NCBI GenBank assembly: GCA_963836185.1
Contig: CAWIIQ010000001.1
Coordinates: 736,001 to 800,000 of the forward strand
Origin: Candidatus Krumholzibacteriia bacterium
Lineage (GTDB): Bacteria; Krumholzibacteriota; Krumholzibacteriia; Krumholzibacteriales; Krumholzibacteriaceae
DNA length: 64,000 nucleotides
Direction of reading: 5' to 3'
This document shows, piece by piece, positions 1 through 11,615 of this stretch. Each line of letters begins with the position of its first letter. Position 1 is the stretch's first letter. The notes beneath the pieces were generated by a model. It worked only from the letters and a program-made list of their open reading frames with translations, ran no database searches and was not told the DNA's origin. The position numbers and the translations under genes were made by a program.

Positions 1-1
1 C

Positions 2-2815
2 TCGATAGACCTTTCCAGGTATGGATCGAAGGTAGCGACGCTCACCGGATCGACTGAAAACGACGGTGAATATACTCTTGCGCAGCTTCCCGCGGGGCTG
101 GACATGGGAGACGGATACCGCGTCTACATATTCTGCGACGAGACCCATCATGACATGGGAGAATATTTTTCGATCGTAAACACGATGATGATCAGCACGC
201 CGAATTCCGGGACGACCTGGTTTGTCGGCGAGCAGGACGTGACTATAGAATGGGATCCATGGTATGAGGCCGGCGATGTCTCAATCTTCCTGATGACGTA
301 TGATTCGATCATAGACACGATCGCATCTTCGATACCGAATGACGGGATCTTCGATGAGTATGACGTACCGGTTTCAGTGACGCCGGGTGGAGGCTATCGG
401 ATCGAAATAGTAACAGGTACCGGCTACTCGGCCGGAAGCGACAATTTCGGGATCAGGCAGCCGCTCGAGGTCTATAATCCCGACAGTTCCAGGGCCTGGT
501 GGCCTGACGGGTACGGGCACATCGAGTGGTGGAACAGGGCGGGCTCGACTTCTCCCGTCTCGCTGTACCTCTATAAAGGCGATGTGTTTAGTCACACTAT
601 CGTCGAAGGAAGACAGTATGACCTGGAGTTTTACGGATGGACAGTTCCCGAGGGCCTCGAATCGGATGATGACTACAGGGTCAAGGCAAGTTACGACGAA
701 TCGCCAGAGATCGGGTGCTTCAGCGAACATTTCCATATCAGGCCGAGGTTCCAGGTCTTCGAGCCGAACAGCTCCACGGTCTGGATGCAGGGACAGGAAA
801 ATGTGACGATCTGGTGGGAGACGGCCGATCTCGGTGGGACAGTGACGATAAAGTTCCTTCGCGGAGACGCGCATATCGACGTGATCGCGGAGGACACCCC
901 GAATGATGGTTTCTACGACGAGTACGACCTGCCGTACGATCTGCCCCTGGGCGACTATTACCGGGTCGAAGTCTATTACGACGAGATATTCCACGCATCG
1001 GGCGGTAATATTGAGATCGTAGAGGCTGTCGCTCCGGAAAATTGCATCTACTATGAACAATATCTTCACATGGCAGGATTCTGTGATACACCGGGTTCCG
1101 CGCGCGGTGTCGCCGTGTCGGGGAGCTATGTGTATATAGCGGACTACACGTATGGGCTTCAGGTAGTATATGCAGGCACGGCAGGATCGCCTCTCGTCGT
1201 GGGATCGGTCGATACGCCGGGTGAAGCTGTAGCTGTCGCCGTCTCGGGGAGCTTTGCTTATGTGGCGGACAGCTGGACAGGCCTGCAGATACTGGATATC
1301 AGCTCACCAGGATCGCCGGTGATCGTTGGTTCGATCGATACCCCGGGGTCTGCTAATGACGTCGATATCTCGGGGGATTATGCCTATGTGGCCGATCGAT
1401 CTTCCGGTCTCCAGATAATAGACATAAGCACGCCTGGATCACCGGTGATTTCAGGATCGATTGATACGCCGGAATCAGCAAACGATGTTACCGTCTCAGG
1501 AGATCTTGCTTTTATCGCAGACGGTTATTCCGGTCTTCAGATAATAGACATAAGCCCGCCTGAATCACCGGTTATCATCGGCTCGACCGATACACCGGGT
1601 GTTGCCTATGGCGTTGCTGTTTCTGGAGATTTTGCCTATGTCGCGGACTGGAATGAGGGCCTCCAGGTAATCGATATAGGCTCACCTGAATCGCCGGTGA
1701 TCGTTGGATCGGTCTATATACCAGGCGCGGGACCTGCCCGTAAGATCAAGGTTTCCGGTTACTACGCCTATGTAGCGGTCGGAGGTGTCGGTTTTAGGGT
1801 TATAGACATAAGAATCCCTGAATCACCTGTATTAATGGGAGTAATATACGCTGATGAGGCCTATGGCGTCGCATCCTATGGCGACAGGGCCTGGCTGGCG
1901 GCTGGGACTTTCGGTCCGATGGAAATCCGTGTCAGAAGTCCGCAGACACCGGAGTTCGTAGGGTCTGTCGAGACGCCGGGCACAGCCAAAGGCATTGCCA
2001 TATCGGGTGATTATGCATGTGTGGCTGACGGGAACAGTCTCCAGATAATCGATGTAAGCGTTCCGGGAGAACCGGTAATAGAGGGATTCCTGGACATGGA
2101 ACTGGAAGCTCTTGATGTTGCCGTCCAGGGAGATCATGCCTTCGTAGCCAACTATACATACGGCCTTCAGGTAATCGATATAAGTGCACCCGGATCACTG
2201 GCAGTCATCGGGTCGATCGATACGCCGGGCGCTGCATATAGTGTCGTCATCGATGGAAATTACGCCTATGTGGCGGATTATACTTCAGGGCTGCAGGTGA
2301 TCGATATCAGCACCCCGGGTTCACCGTCGATCGCCGGGTCAGTGGATACTCCGGGATATGCAAAGTGTGTCGCTGTCTCGCCAGGTTATGCATATATGGC
2401 GGACGGGAATCTGGGTCTACAGATAATAGACATCGGAGTACCCGGATCGCCGTTCCTCGCTGGATCTGTCGACACTCCCGGTGACGCGCTCGGTGTAGCT
2501 GTCTCGGGGAATCATGTTTTTGTAGCGGACAGGTTCTCCGGCCTGCAGGTGATCGACATCAGCAATCCTCATCACCCGGAGATCGTTGGGTCTATCGATA
2601 CACCGGGCGGAGCCTACGGTGTCGCGGTCTCAGGAGACTATGCCTATGTGGCGGATTATGGTTCAGGCCTGCAGGTGATCGATATCAGCACCTTCGCCTC
2701 GCCTTTTCTGACAGGATCTATTGACACGCCCGATAATAACTTCTGTATAACGATCTCGGGGGAATACGGCTATATGACGGGCCTCTATATTGTCAACCTG
2801 CAGTGCGCGCCCTGA
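2..2815 (+). CDS. Large surface/secreted protein: repeated Ig-like (Ser/Thr-rich, Kre9/KNH-like) modules followed by a long LVIVD-repeat region; 5'-truncated
   Basis: Frame is open from base 2 (SIDLSRYGSKV...) into ORF 104..2815. The N-terminal part has about 95-aa repeats ('PNSSTVW..G.E.VTI.W...NDG.Y'). The C-terminal part has about 42-aa repeats 'VGS(V/I)DTPG.A..VAVSG.YAYVAD...GLQ(V/I)IDIS.PGSP'. Confidence 0.85.
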   Translation, partial: SIDLSRYGSKVATLTGSTENDGEYTLAQLPAGLDMGDGYRVYIFCDETHHDMGEYFSIVNTMMISTPNSGTTWFVGEQDVTIEWDPWYEAGDVSIFLMTYDSIIDTIASSIPNDGIFDEYDVPVSVTPGGGYRIEIVTGTGYSAGSDNFGIRQPLEVYNPDSSRAWWPDGYGHIEWWNRAGSTSPVSLYLYKGDVFSHTIVEGRQYDLEFYGWTVPEGLESDDDYRVKASYDESPEIGCFSEHFHIRPRFQVFEPNSSTVWMQGQENVTIWWETADLGGTVTIKFLRGDAHIDVIAEDTPNDGFYDEYDLPYDLPLGDYYRVEVYYDEIFHASGGNIEIVEAVAPENCIYYEQYLHMAGFCDTPGSARGVAVSGSYVYIADYTYGLQVVYAGTAGSPLVVGSVDTPGEAVAVAVSGSFAYVADSWTGLQILDISSPGSPVIVGSIDTPGSANDVDISGDYAYVADRSSGLQIIDISTPGSPVISGSIDTPESANDVTVSGDLAFIADGYSGLQIIDISPPESPVIIGSTDTPGVAYGVAVSGDFAYVADWNEGLQVIDIGSPESPVIVGSVYIPGAGPARKIKVSGYYAYVAVGGVGFRVIDIRIPESPVLMGVIYADEAYGVASYGDRAWLAAGTFGPMEIRVRSPQTPEFVGSVETPGTAKGIAISGDYACVADGNSLQIIDVSVPGEPVIEGFLDMELEALDVAVQGDHAFVANYTYGLQVIDISAPGSLAVIGSIDTPGAAYSVVIDGNYAYVADYTSGLQVIDISTPGSPSIAGSVDTPGYAKCVAVSPGYAYMADGNLGLQIIDIGVPGSPFLAGSVDTPGDALGVAVSGNHVFVADRFSGLQVIDISNPHHPEIVGSIDTPGGAYGVAVSGDYAYVADYGSGLQVIDISTFASPFLTGSIDTPDNNFCITISGEYGYMTGLYIVNLQCAP

Positions 2816-2845
2816 TTCAGCCTGAATAATCCTCCCTTTAGCCGG

Positions 2846-2874
2846 TTGACACTGCTATTGCCCTTCTTTATAAT
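2846..2874 (+). promoter_or_regulatory. sigma70-type promoter of the V-ATPase operon
   Basis: Perfect consensus TTGACA(2846-2851)-17 bp-TATAAT(2869-2874), about 50 bp upstream of the first operon gene. Confidence 0.85.
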
Positions 2875-2926
2875 CCCCACTTATTCATTCTCGGGACTGG
2901 CTGAATTTCAAAGACTTGGAGCGGTC

Positions 2927-3238
2927 TTGAAAGAGATAGTCAAACAGATCATGGAGACCGAGACGGAGGTCCGCGAGGCAGTCGACAATGCCCGCGCCGA
3001 GGCTCAGAAGATCGTGCGCGAGGCTGAGGCTCAGTCGAGGGACGTCATCGAGAAAGGGCGCCAGAACGCGATAAGGGAGTCACAGGAACTCGTCGCGAAA
3101 TACCGCAGTGACGCCGAGGCCGAACGCAAGAGGCAGGTCGACGCGGTAAAGGGCGGGAGCGAAGAGCTTCTCGCCAGCAAGGCTGTCCACATCGAGGCCG
3201 CCGCGGTCAAGGTGCTCGATATCGTCAAGGGAGCCTGA
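2927..3238 (+). CDS. V/A-type ATP synthase subunit G/H (peripheral stalk)
   Basis: Charged helical protein (ETEVREAVDNARAEAQKIVREAE) heading the operon. The TTG start at 2927 follows GGAG. Confidence 0.75.
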   Translation: MKEIVKQIMETETEVREAVDNARAEAQKIVREAEAQSRDVIEKGRQNAIRESQELVAKYRSDAEAERKRQVDAVKGGSEELLASKAVHIEAAAVKVLDIVKGA

Positions 3239-3268
3239 CGGCGGACTGACCCGTCACGAAACAGCGCG

Positions 3269-4330
3269 ATGATATTCAGACCTGTAAGCAAGTATTCTCT
3301 GGTCAACGCCAAGGTCCGCGCGAGGCTCAGCACACTGCTGACCCCTGAGCAGATCGACCGGCTTGCCGACACCCGCGACCTCGCCGAGTTCTACTCGGCC
3401 CTCGCCGGGACCGTCTACGAGGAAATATTCGAGCAGCCCGAGATAGCCTTCGACCCGCGGGTCGGCGAGCGCCTGCTCCTCGAGCGGGAGATCGAGTGGC
3501 ACTCGGAGCTCCTCAAGGACGTAAAGGGCGCCGAGAAGGCACTGATCTCTACCTTTCTCGAGAAGTACGAGATCGAGAACCTCAAGACAGCGCTGAGGAT
3601 ACGTGAGGGCAACCGCGACCTCGAAGAGATGAAATACATGCTCCGAAGGCAGCTTCCCAACTCGCTCCCGTACCAGGCGATAGCCGAGGCGGGTTCGCTC
3701 GAGGAGGCGGTTTCCTTCCTGTACGGTTCCCCTTACCTGGCCGCGATCAACGCCGTTTTTGACGACTACAGGGAAAAGAAGACACTCTTTCCCGTCGAGA
3801 TAAACCTCGAGATAGACTATTACCGCAGGCTGAAGGAGAAGGTCGAGGCTCTGGGGAAAAGGGACAGGGTGATAGCACGCAAACTCATCGGGCTCGAGAT
3901 CGACCGCAAGAACCTGGCCTGGCTCGTCAGGCTGAAGTTCTACTACGACATTCCGACAGGGGATCTCTTCGAATACAACATCCCCGGCGGGTACAGGATG
4001 ACGACCGACAGGCTTCGGCAGTCGTTCAAGGCGGAGTCGATAAAGGATGTCCTTAACCTCGCCCTGGAGAAATCTTTCAAGAACGCTTCCGAGATACTCG
4101 TGCGCGGCGAGGAGCTGAGCAAGCTCTACCTGCTCGAGATAATCCTCTGGAATTACCAGATCGCTGAGGCGAAGAAGACGCTGGGCGGTTTTCCCTTTAC
4201 AATAGGGACGATACTGTCGTACCTCATACTGAAGCGCACCGAGGTACGCAACATCATAACGATACTGAACGGCAAGGTCTACAAGATGGACCGCATCGCC
4301 ATCGAGAGCCATTTGAGGGTCGCTTTCTGA
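3269..4330 (+). CDS. ntpC: V/A-type ATPase subunit C (AC39 family)
   Basis: 'Y...NAKVRARLS.LL', 'EIDRKNLAWLVRLK', 'YLILKRTEVRNIITILNG' motifs; 353 aa; operon position. Confidence 0.9.
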   Translation: MIFRPVSKYSLVNAKVRARLSTLLTPEQIDRLADTRDLAEFYSALAGTVYEEIFEQPEIAFDPRVGERLLLEREIEWHSELLKDVKGAEKALISTFLEKYEIENLKTALRIREGNRDLEEMKYMLRRQLPNSLPYQAIAEAGSLEEAVSFLYGSPYLAAINAVFDDYREKKTLFPVEINLEIDYYRRLKEKVEALGKRDRVIARKLIGLEIDRKNLAWLVRLKFYYDIPTGDLFEYNIPGGYRMTTDRLRQSFKAESIKDVLNLALEKSFKNASEILVRGEELSKLYLLEIILWNYQIAEAKKTLGGFPFTIGTILSYLILKRTEVRNIITILNGKVYKMDRIAIESHLRVAF

Positions 4331-4343
4331 GCCGGAGAAACCG

Positions 4344-6341
4344 ATGTTTACGCCTGAACGGATGCACCAGATCAATGTGATGGTCTTCGAGACCGAGGTA
4401 GACGACGTCGCCAAGGCGATCGTCCGTCTCGGCATCCTGCATCTCGTCCAGCTCGACGATGCCCAGCCGTGGATCGAACAGCTCGGGCAGTTCGAGGCGG
4501 GCAAGGTATCCTCGAAGATCGACAGGCTCTACAACAGGGTCACCGACCTGATGAAGGATCTCGGGATACGCGAGCTGCCGCTGGAGGAAGGGGACACGAA
4601 GCTCCTCGAGACTTCGATCACCGATTTCGACGAGATGGAGACCGAGGTGACCGAGCTGGAGAAGAAGGTCACCGGACTCGTCCTTCGCCGCAAGGAGCTC
4701 GAGGTACACCTCGAGAGGATGCAGGGTATTCTCAACGAGGTCTCACCCCTTACCGAGCTCGGCCTTCCTCCCGGCCAGGCACCCTACACATTCCTCGAGG
4801 TCAGGTACGGCCATGTGAGCGCCGAAGGCCTCGAGCTGATCCGCGAGAAGTTCGCCCCGCTGGCAGCCGTAGTGATCCCCCTGACGCAGCGTGACGGCAG
4901 GGAGCTGATCCTTCTTATCGGCCTAAAGACAGACCGGCTCAAGCTCAAGAGGATCCTGCGCGACGCGGCGTTCGAGGATATAGATATGCCTGCCGGCGAA
5001 GAGGCGAGGGAGGAAGCCGGCCTCGTCACGGGCGAGCTCGAGGAGCGGATAGAGAAGATAAAAGAGCAGATCGACGAACTTAAGGAGAAGCTCGCCGGGC
5101 TCAATCAGGAGTACGCGCCGATCCTGACCGGATTCAACAGGTCGCTGCGTGTAGCCGAGATGCTGCTCAAGGTAAAGAGCTATCTGAAGAAGACACGCAA
5201 GACATACATATTCTCCGGCTGGGTGCCGAGCGACCGCAAGCGGGAGGTCGAGGGAGAGATCCTCAGGGCGGCAAAGGGGCGCGCGATCGTCGAGATCATC
5301 TCACCGGAGGAGATCACCGGCGTCAAGGGTGGCGACATGAAGGTCCCCGTGATGCTCAAGAACCCCGGATTCTTCAGGCCGTTCGAGATGCTTGTCTCGA
5401 GCTACGGCCTGCCCGAATACAAGTTCATAGATCCGACTGTTTTTGTGGCGATATCGTTCCTGATCATGTTCGGGATGATGTTCGGCGACGTCGGGCACGG
5501 GATAGTGCTCTGCGTGATAGGTTGGCTGCTAGGCTTCAGGAAAGGCAACAGGAGCGACGGCGTGACTCTTGTCGGCAAGCTCGGGTTCTACTGCGGGCTC
5601 GCGTCAATCGTATTCGGCTTCCTGTACGGATCGATATTCGGCGTCGAAACGTGGATACCACATCTCTGGCTCTCGCCGATGCACGAGATCGGCAGGTTCT
5701 TCAAGTTCGCGATATTCTTCGGCGTGGGTATGATATCGGTCGGGATACTGCTAAATATTGTCAACGCAATGCGGGCAAGAGACTTCAAGGGGACGTTCTT
5801 CGATCATGCCGGGCTGATTAGCGCCATTCTGTACTGGTGCGGCATCGGCGCGGCCGCCATATTCATGCGGAACAAGCCAGTTCCGATACAGCTCGTAGCG
5901 TTTGGTATCGTATTGCCCGTTCTTCTTTTCTTCCTCAGGGAACCGCTTGCGGCGATCTTCGGCAAACGAAAGATGAGGTTCGAGACGGGCGTCGGAACAT
6001 ACATAATGGAATCTGTGATCGAGGTCATCGAGATAATCACGGGATATCTCGGCAATACCGTGTCGTTCATCCGCGTCGCCGCCTTCGCGCTGGCGCACGC
6101 GGGACTGTTCATCGCGGTATTCAGCCTTGTCGACCTCGTCAAGAACAAGAGCGGCGGTTTGATCTGGGCCGCGCTGATATTCATCATCGGCAACGTCGTG
6201 ATCATAGCTCTCGAAGGAATGGTTGTAACGATCCAGGCTATCCGGCTGGAGTACTACGAGTTCTTCGGCAAGTTCTTCATGGGTGGCGGGACAGCGTATA
6301 AACCGATCGGCCTGGGCGGGAAACCGGGCCGGAAAGAGTGA
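4344..6341 (+). CDS. ntpI: V/A-type ATPase subunit I (a)
   Basis: 'PFEMLVSSYGLPEY..IDPT', 'FGMMFGDVGHG', 'GNTVSFIRVAAFALAH', 'IQAIRLEYYEFFGKFF.GGG'. Confidence 0.95.
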   Translation: MFTPERMHQINVMVFETEVDDVAKAIVRLGILHLVQLDDAQPWIEQLGQFEAGKVSSKIDRLYNRVTDLMKDLGIRELPLEEGDTKLLETSITDFDEMETEVTELEKKVTGLVLRRKELEVHLERMQGILNEVSPLTELGLPPGQAPYTFLEVRYGHVSAEGLELIREKFAPLAAVVIPLTQRDGRELILLIGLKTDRLKLKRILRDAAFEDIDMPAGEEAREEAGLVTGELEERIEKIKEQIDELKEKLAGLNQEYAPILTGFNRSLRVAEMLLKVKSYLKKTRKTYIFSGWVPSDRKREVEGEILRAAKGRAIVEIISPEEITGVKGGDMKVPVMLKNPGFFRPFEMLVSSYGLPEYKFIDPTVFVAISFLIMFGMMFGDVGHGIVLCVIGWLLGFRKGNRSDGVTLVGKLGFYCGLASIVFGFLYGSIFGVETWIPHLWLSPMHEIGRFFKFAIFFGVGMISVGILLNIVNAMRARDFKGTFFDHAGLISAILYWCGIGAAAIFMRNKPVPIQLVAFGIVLPVLLFFLREPLAAIFGKRKMRFETGVGTYIMESVIEVIEIITGYLGNTVSFIRVAAFALAHAGLFIAVFSLVDLVKNKSGGLIWAALIFIIGNVVIIALEGMVVTIQAIRLEYYEFFGKFFMGGGTAYKPIGLGGKPGRKE

Positions 6342-6764
<423 letters not shown>

Positions 6765-6802
6765 CCGGGGCGAAGAATCGGGAAGCGTGGAGAGTTTGAG
6801 CA

Positions 6803-7108
6803 ATGAAGTTCTACGTCATAGCGGACGAGAACACGGTGACGGCTTTCAAGCTTGTCGGCCTCGAGGGTGAGGCCGTCGAATCGCCTGAGGGCGCGCGTGA
6901 GGCGCTCTCAAAGGCATTCGAGTCGAGAGAGACCGGCATCGTGATCATTACCGAGAGGATAGCCGATACGATCCGCGACGAGATCGAGGATTTCACGTTC
7001 GGGCATGCCTTTCCTCTTATCATCGAGGTCCCCGATCGTGAGGGGCCGGTCGAAGGCAGGGTCTCGATAAGGGAACTGGTCAACAGCGCGGTAGGGGTAA
7101 AGATATAG
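6803..7108 (+). CDS. ntpF: V/A-type ATPase subunit F
   Basis: 'VIADENTVTAFKLVG', 'GIVIITE', 'PLIIEVPD', 'AVGVKI'. Confidence 0.93.
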   Translation: MKFYVIADENTVTAFKLVGLEGEAVESPEGAREALSKAFESRETGIVIITERIADTIRDEIEDFTFGHAFPLIIEVPDREGPVEGRVSIRELVNSAVGVKI

Positions 7109-7142
7109 AGCGGCGCGCGGCGCGCTGCAGGGAGCGGTCAAA

Positions 7143-7802
7143 GTGGTCGACAAGGAATCGGTAGAAAAGATCTGCGAACAGATAAGAGAGGACGGCGAAA
7201 GGGAGATCGCCTCGATACTCGACAAAGCTCGCAGCACCGCCGCTGACATCCTCGGCAAGGCCGAGGCGAAAGGCAGCGAGGCGACTGAGAAGATAATGCG
7301 GGACGCTAGGGAGAGGGGCGAGACGGAAAGCCGCCGCCTGCTGTCCAGCGTCAACATCGAGGTCCGGCGCACGAAGCTCAAGTCACGCGAGGATGTAGTA
7401 GGGGTGATCAGAAAGAAGGTCGAGGAGGAACTGGCCGGTATCCGGTCATCCGGCGATTATCCCGGGATCCTCACTCGCCTTGTAGTTGAAGCGATCCTCG
7501 GGCTCGAGGGCAAATCGTTCATCGTCTACGTCGACAAGAAGGACCTCGGCCTGCTCGAGGAGAAGGTCTTCCCCCGTGTGAAGGAGATGATGGAGGCGGA
7601 GTCTTCTCCGGTGAGCTCCCTCCAGGCTCGGCCGCTCGAGAAATCCTCCACCGGAGGGGCCCGGGTCGGCCATCCTGGCGGTAAGGTTATATATGACAAT
7701 ACGTTTGAGGCGCGGCTCTTCAGGTACCGCGATGATATAAGGATGACGATATTCGACGAGGTCTTCTACTCGGAAGACGGCGGGGAGACGGGCAGTGCTT
7801 GA
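7143..7802 (+). CDS. ntpE: V/A-type ATPase subunit E
   Basis: Helical N-terminus and C-terminal 'GG......G.VIYDNTFEARL'; operon position. Confidence 0.88.
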   Translation: MVDKESVEKICEQIREDGEREIASILDKARSTAADILGKAEAKGSEATEKIMRDARERGETESRRLLSSVNIEVRRTKLKSREDVVGVIRKKVEEELAGIRSSGDYPGILTRLVVEAILGLEGKSFIVYVDKKDLGLLEEKVFPRVKEMMEAESSPVSSLQARPLEKSSTGGARVGHPGGKVIYDNTFEARLFRYRDDIRMTIFDEVFYSEDGGETGSA

Positions 7803-9565
7803 GATAATCGGACAGGTCGACAAGGTAATAGGGCCGGTGGTCCATGCCCGCGGGGTCGAAAAGGCGAAGATGCTCGACCTCGTCGAGGTGGGCGAGTTCC
7901 ACCTCGTCGGCGAGATAGTCAAGCTCGACGGCGAGAGGGCAGTGATCCAGGTATACGAAGATACGACGGGCCTCGCGCCGGGGACCAATATCTACTCCGC
8001 CGGTGTTCCCCTGTCGGTCGAGCTCGGGCCGGGCCTGATAGGTACGATCTACGATGGCATCCAGCGCCCGCTCGAAAAGATCCGCGACACGTCGGGTCAG
8101 TATATCCAGAAGGGTATACATATGTCGGCGCTCGACAAGGAGAAGCGCTGGCTCTTCACGCCCGCGCTCGCGGTCGGCGACGAGGTCGCCGGCGGCGAGA
8201 CTGTCGGCACCGTCCAGGAGACGCGAGCTGATCGAGCACCGCGTGCTCGTCCCGCCATCGGTCAACGGCAAGGTGACCTGGATTGCCGAAGAGGGCGAAT
8301 ACACTGTCGCCGACGTCGTGGCGAGGACGGAGAACGCCGACGGCGAGTGCTTCGAGGTGCATCTCGCCCAGCGCTGGCCGGTGAGGAAGGGGCGCCCGAC
8401 GGGTGATCGCCTGCCGCTGAGCATACCGCTGATCACGGGGCAGAGAGTGATCGATACGCTCTTCCCCGTCGCCAAGGGAGGCACCGTCGTTGTGCCCGGC
8501 GGATTCGGGACGGGCAAGACGATGACCCAGCACGCCCTCGCCAAGTGGAGCGACGCCGATATCATCGTATACATCGGGTGCGGAGAGCGCGGGAACGAGA
8601 TGACAGACGTTCTGATCGAGTTCCCCAAGCTGATCGATCCGCGCACCGAGCGTCCGATCATGGAACGAACGATAATGATCGCCAATACATCAAATATGCC
8701 GGTGGCGGCGCGCGAGGCGTCGATCTACACCGGCATCACGATAGCGGAGTATTACCGCGACCAGGGCTACCACGTAGCCATCATGGCCGATTCGACCTCG
8801 CGCTGGGCCGAAGCGCTCAGGGAGCTCTCCGGCCGGATGGAAGAGATGCCCGCCGACGAGGGGTATCCCGCCTACCTGCCGACGAGGCTCGCCGAGTTCT
8901 ACGAGCGCGCCGGGATGGTCGAGACGCTCGAGGGCAAGGAAGGCTCGATCTCGATCGTCGGTTCGGTATCGCCTCCCGGAGGCGATTTCTCCGAGCCGGT
9001 CACGCAGCATTCGAAGCGGTTCGTGCGCTGCATGTGGGCGCTCGACCGCCAGCTCGCCAACGCCCGCCATTACCCGGCGATCTCGTGGCTCGACAGTTAC
9101 AGCGAGTATGTAGAAGAGATCAGCGGATGGTGGCAGGAACAGTCAGGCGGCGAGTGGGGAGAGCTGCGGCGAAGGATCATGGACCTGCTCCAGCAGGAGG
9201 GCAAGCTCCAGCAGGTCGTCAAGCTCGTCGGCCCCGACGTGCTTCCCGACACCCAGAGGATAGTCCTCGAGACGTGCACCCTGTTCAAGAACGCGTTCCT
9301 TCAGCAGAACTCGTTCGATCCGAACGACATGTACTGCACGCCCGAGAAGCAGATAAAGATGCTGCAGGTCATACTGGATTTCTACGACCGCGGCGTCGAG
9401 GTGATAAGAAAGGGCGCGAACATCCACCAGATCAAGAAGCTCGAGGTCTACTCGGATATTCTGAGGATCAAGTTCGCCGTCCGCAATGACGAGATAGAGA
9501 AAATCGATGCAATCAGGGATAAACTCGGCCGCTCGATGGAGCGCATAGGCGATATGTTCGACTAG
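7795..9565 (+). CDS. ntpA: V/A-type ATPase catalytic subunit A (one apparent frameshift near 8224)
   Basis: ORFs 7795..8406 and 8054..9565 join. Motifs: Walker A 'PGGFGTGKT', 'GCGERGNEM', '[12 protein letters not shown]', '[12 protein letters not shown]'. Confidence 0.95.
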
Positions 9566-9580
9566 AGAATGGTGATCTGA

Positions 9581-10975
9581 ATGACAGAGAGAAATCTCAA
9601 GGAGGGCAGGGAGTATATCGGGATCTCAAGCGTCTCGGGCCCCCTGGTCGCGGTAAAGGGTATACATAACGTCGGCTATAACGAACTCGCGGAGGTCGTC
9701 GATTCGAGCGGGCACGTAAGACTCGGAATGATCCTCGAAAGCAGCGAGCATGCCGCCGTCATCCAGGTGTTCGAGGGGACCTCGGGGCTTTCCATCCCCG
9801 ATACGAGGGTCCGCTTCAAGGGCGAGCCGCTCCATTTCGCGGCCGGCGCCGAGATCCTCGGACGCGTATTCAACGGGCTCGGCCAGCCTATCGACGACGG
9901 CCCGGCGCCGCTCGCGGAGAAGCGGATGGACGTCAACGGCCTTCCGATCAATCCGACTGCCCGCGAATACCCCAAAAAATTCATACAGACCGGAATCTCG
10001 GCTATCGACGGGATGAACACGCTCGTGCGCGGCCAGAAACTGCCGGTATTTTCCGGCACGGGCCTTCCGCACAACAGGCTCGTAGCCCAGATCACCCGAC
10101 AGGCGAAGCTGATAGGTGAGGACACACAGTTCGCCGTAGTGTTCGCCGCGATGGGTATCAAGCACGACGTCGCGCGATATTTCATAAGGAACTTCGAGGA
10201 ATCAGGTGTGCTGGAGAAGGTAGTGCTGTTTCTTAATCTGGCGGACGATCCGTCGGTGGAGAGACTTGTTACTCCCAGAACCGCGTTGACAGCCGCGGAA
10301 TTTCTGGCATTCGACATGAACATGCACGTGCTCGTGATCCTGACCGACATGACGAACTACTGCGAGTCGCTCCGCGAGATATCGACGATCCGCGAGGAGA
10401 TCCCGAGCAGAAAGGGATATCCCGGCTACCTTTACAGCGACCTTTCGATCATCTATGAGCGCGCCGGGATGGTTAAGGGTATAGAAGGATCGATTACACA
10501 GATGCCGATCCTCACGATGCCCAACGACGATATATCGCATCCTGTGCCCGATCTTTCCGGATACATCACGGAAGGCCAGATAGTACTGGAGAGAGAACTC
10601 GACCAGAGGAACATCTACCCGCCTATCGCGGGGCTGCCTTCGCTCTCGCGCCTGATGAAGGACGGGATCGGCGCGGGAATGACGCGCGAGGACCACGCTC
10701 ACGTCGCGAGCCAGCTCTTCGCCGCCTATTCGCATGTGAAGGATGTACGCGCCCTCGCCGCTGTGATCGGCGAAGAGGAGCTTACGCCGCTCGACAAGGT
10801 CTATCTCGAATTCGGAGAGAGGTTCGAGCGCGAGTTCCTCAGCCAGGGCGAGTACGAGGACCGTTCGATCGAAGAGACACTCGACATAGGCTGGAAGGTG
10901 ATCTCCACGCTGCCGAAGGAAGAGCTCTACCGGATCAGCGAGGAAGAGATCGCCAAATATTACGGCAAGGATTGA
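9581..10975 (+). CDS. ntpB: V/A-type ATPase subunit B
   Basis: '[21 protein letters not shown]', '[12 protein letters not shown]', '[20 protein letters not shown]'. Confidence 0.97.
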   Translation: MTERNLKEGREYIGISSVSGPLVAVKGIHNVGYNELAEVVDSSGHVRLGMILESSEHAAVIQVFEGTSGLSIPDTRVRFKGEPLHFAAGAEILGRVFNGLGQPIDDGPAPLAEKRMDVNGLPINPTAREYPKKFIQTGISAIDGMNTLVRGQKLPVFSGTGLPHNRLVAQITRQAKLIGEDTQFAVVFAAMGIKHDVARYFIRNFEESGVLEKVVLFLNLADDPSVERLVTPRTALTAAEFLAFDMNMHVLVILTDMTNYCESLREISTIREEIPSRKGYPGYLYSDLSIIYERAGMVKGIEGSITQMPILTMPNDDISHPVPDLSGYITEGQIVLERELDQRNIYPPIAGLPSLSRLMKDGIGAGMTREDHAHVASQLFAAYSHVKDVRALAAVIGEEELTPLDKVYLEFGERFEREFLSQGEYEDRSIEETLDIGWKVISTLPKEELYRISEEEIAKYYGKD

Positions 10976-10979
10976 CCAG

Positions 10980-11615
10980 ATGGCCCGCTACGAGATGGCT
11001 CCTACCAAGACGAACCTGATGAAGGTCAAGCGCGATCTCGGTTTCGCGCAGGAGGGATGGGAGCTTCTCGACCAGAAGCGCAAGATCCTCATCGTCGAGC
11101 TGATGGGGTTGATCGACAGGGCCGTCGAGGCGCAGGAAGAAGTCGAGGCGAAACTCGGCGAGGCGTTCGAGGCCCTCGATCAGTCGATCCTCAGGATGGG
11201 GCGCAGGGAGGTCAATATGATCGCCCTGGGAATGAACATCGAATCCGACATATCATTCTCCGAGAAGAGGGTGATGGGTGTCTCTCTGCCGCGCGTCAAG
11301 GTGCGGTTCGACGATCGCTCGCCCTATTTCGCCGCGGCGGAGAGCAGCATCTGGATCGACGAGGCGATCAAGAAGTTCCGCGAGGTCCTGCGGCTCCTCG
11401 GAACGCTCGCCGAGGCGAGGATATCGCTGATGCGGCTCTCGCGCGAGGTGGGCAAGACGATCAGGAGGGTCAACGCCCTCGAAAAGATATTCATACCTGA
11501 TTACGACGAGACGCTGAAGTATATCGAGATGGCGCTCGAGGAATCCGAGAGGGAGGCGTTCTTCGTCCTCAAACTGGTAAAGGACCGCCTATCCCGGAAA
11601 AAGGGAGTAGCCTGA
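10980..11615 (+). CDS. ntpD: V/A-type ATPase subunit D
   Basis: 'PTKTNLMK', 'G.ELLDQKR', 'KTIRRVNALEK.FIP'. Confidence 0.95.
   Translation: MARYEMAPTKTNLMKVKRDLGFAQEGWELLDQKRKILIVELMGLIDRAVEAQEEVEAKLGEAFEALDQSILRMGRREVNMIALGMNIESDISFSEKRVMGVSLPRVKVRFDDRSPYFAAAESSIWIDEAIKKFREVLRLLGTLAEARISLMRLSREVGKTIRRVNALEKIFIPDYDETLKYIEMALEESEREAFFVLKLVKDRLSRKKGVA

Noticed and set aside
1080-2760. Regularly spaced DNA repeats as a possible CRISPR array
   Set aside because: They have a period of about 126 bp, are degenerate at third codon positions and lie within an ORF, so they are protein repeats. No cas genes are present.
8215-8230. Programmed frameshift in ntpA
   Set aside because: There is no slippery sequence; it is a single extra base like the many other indels in the window.
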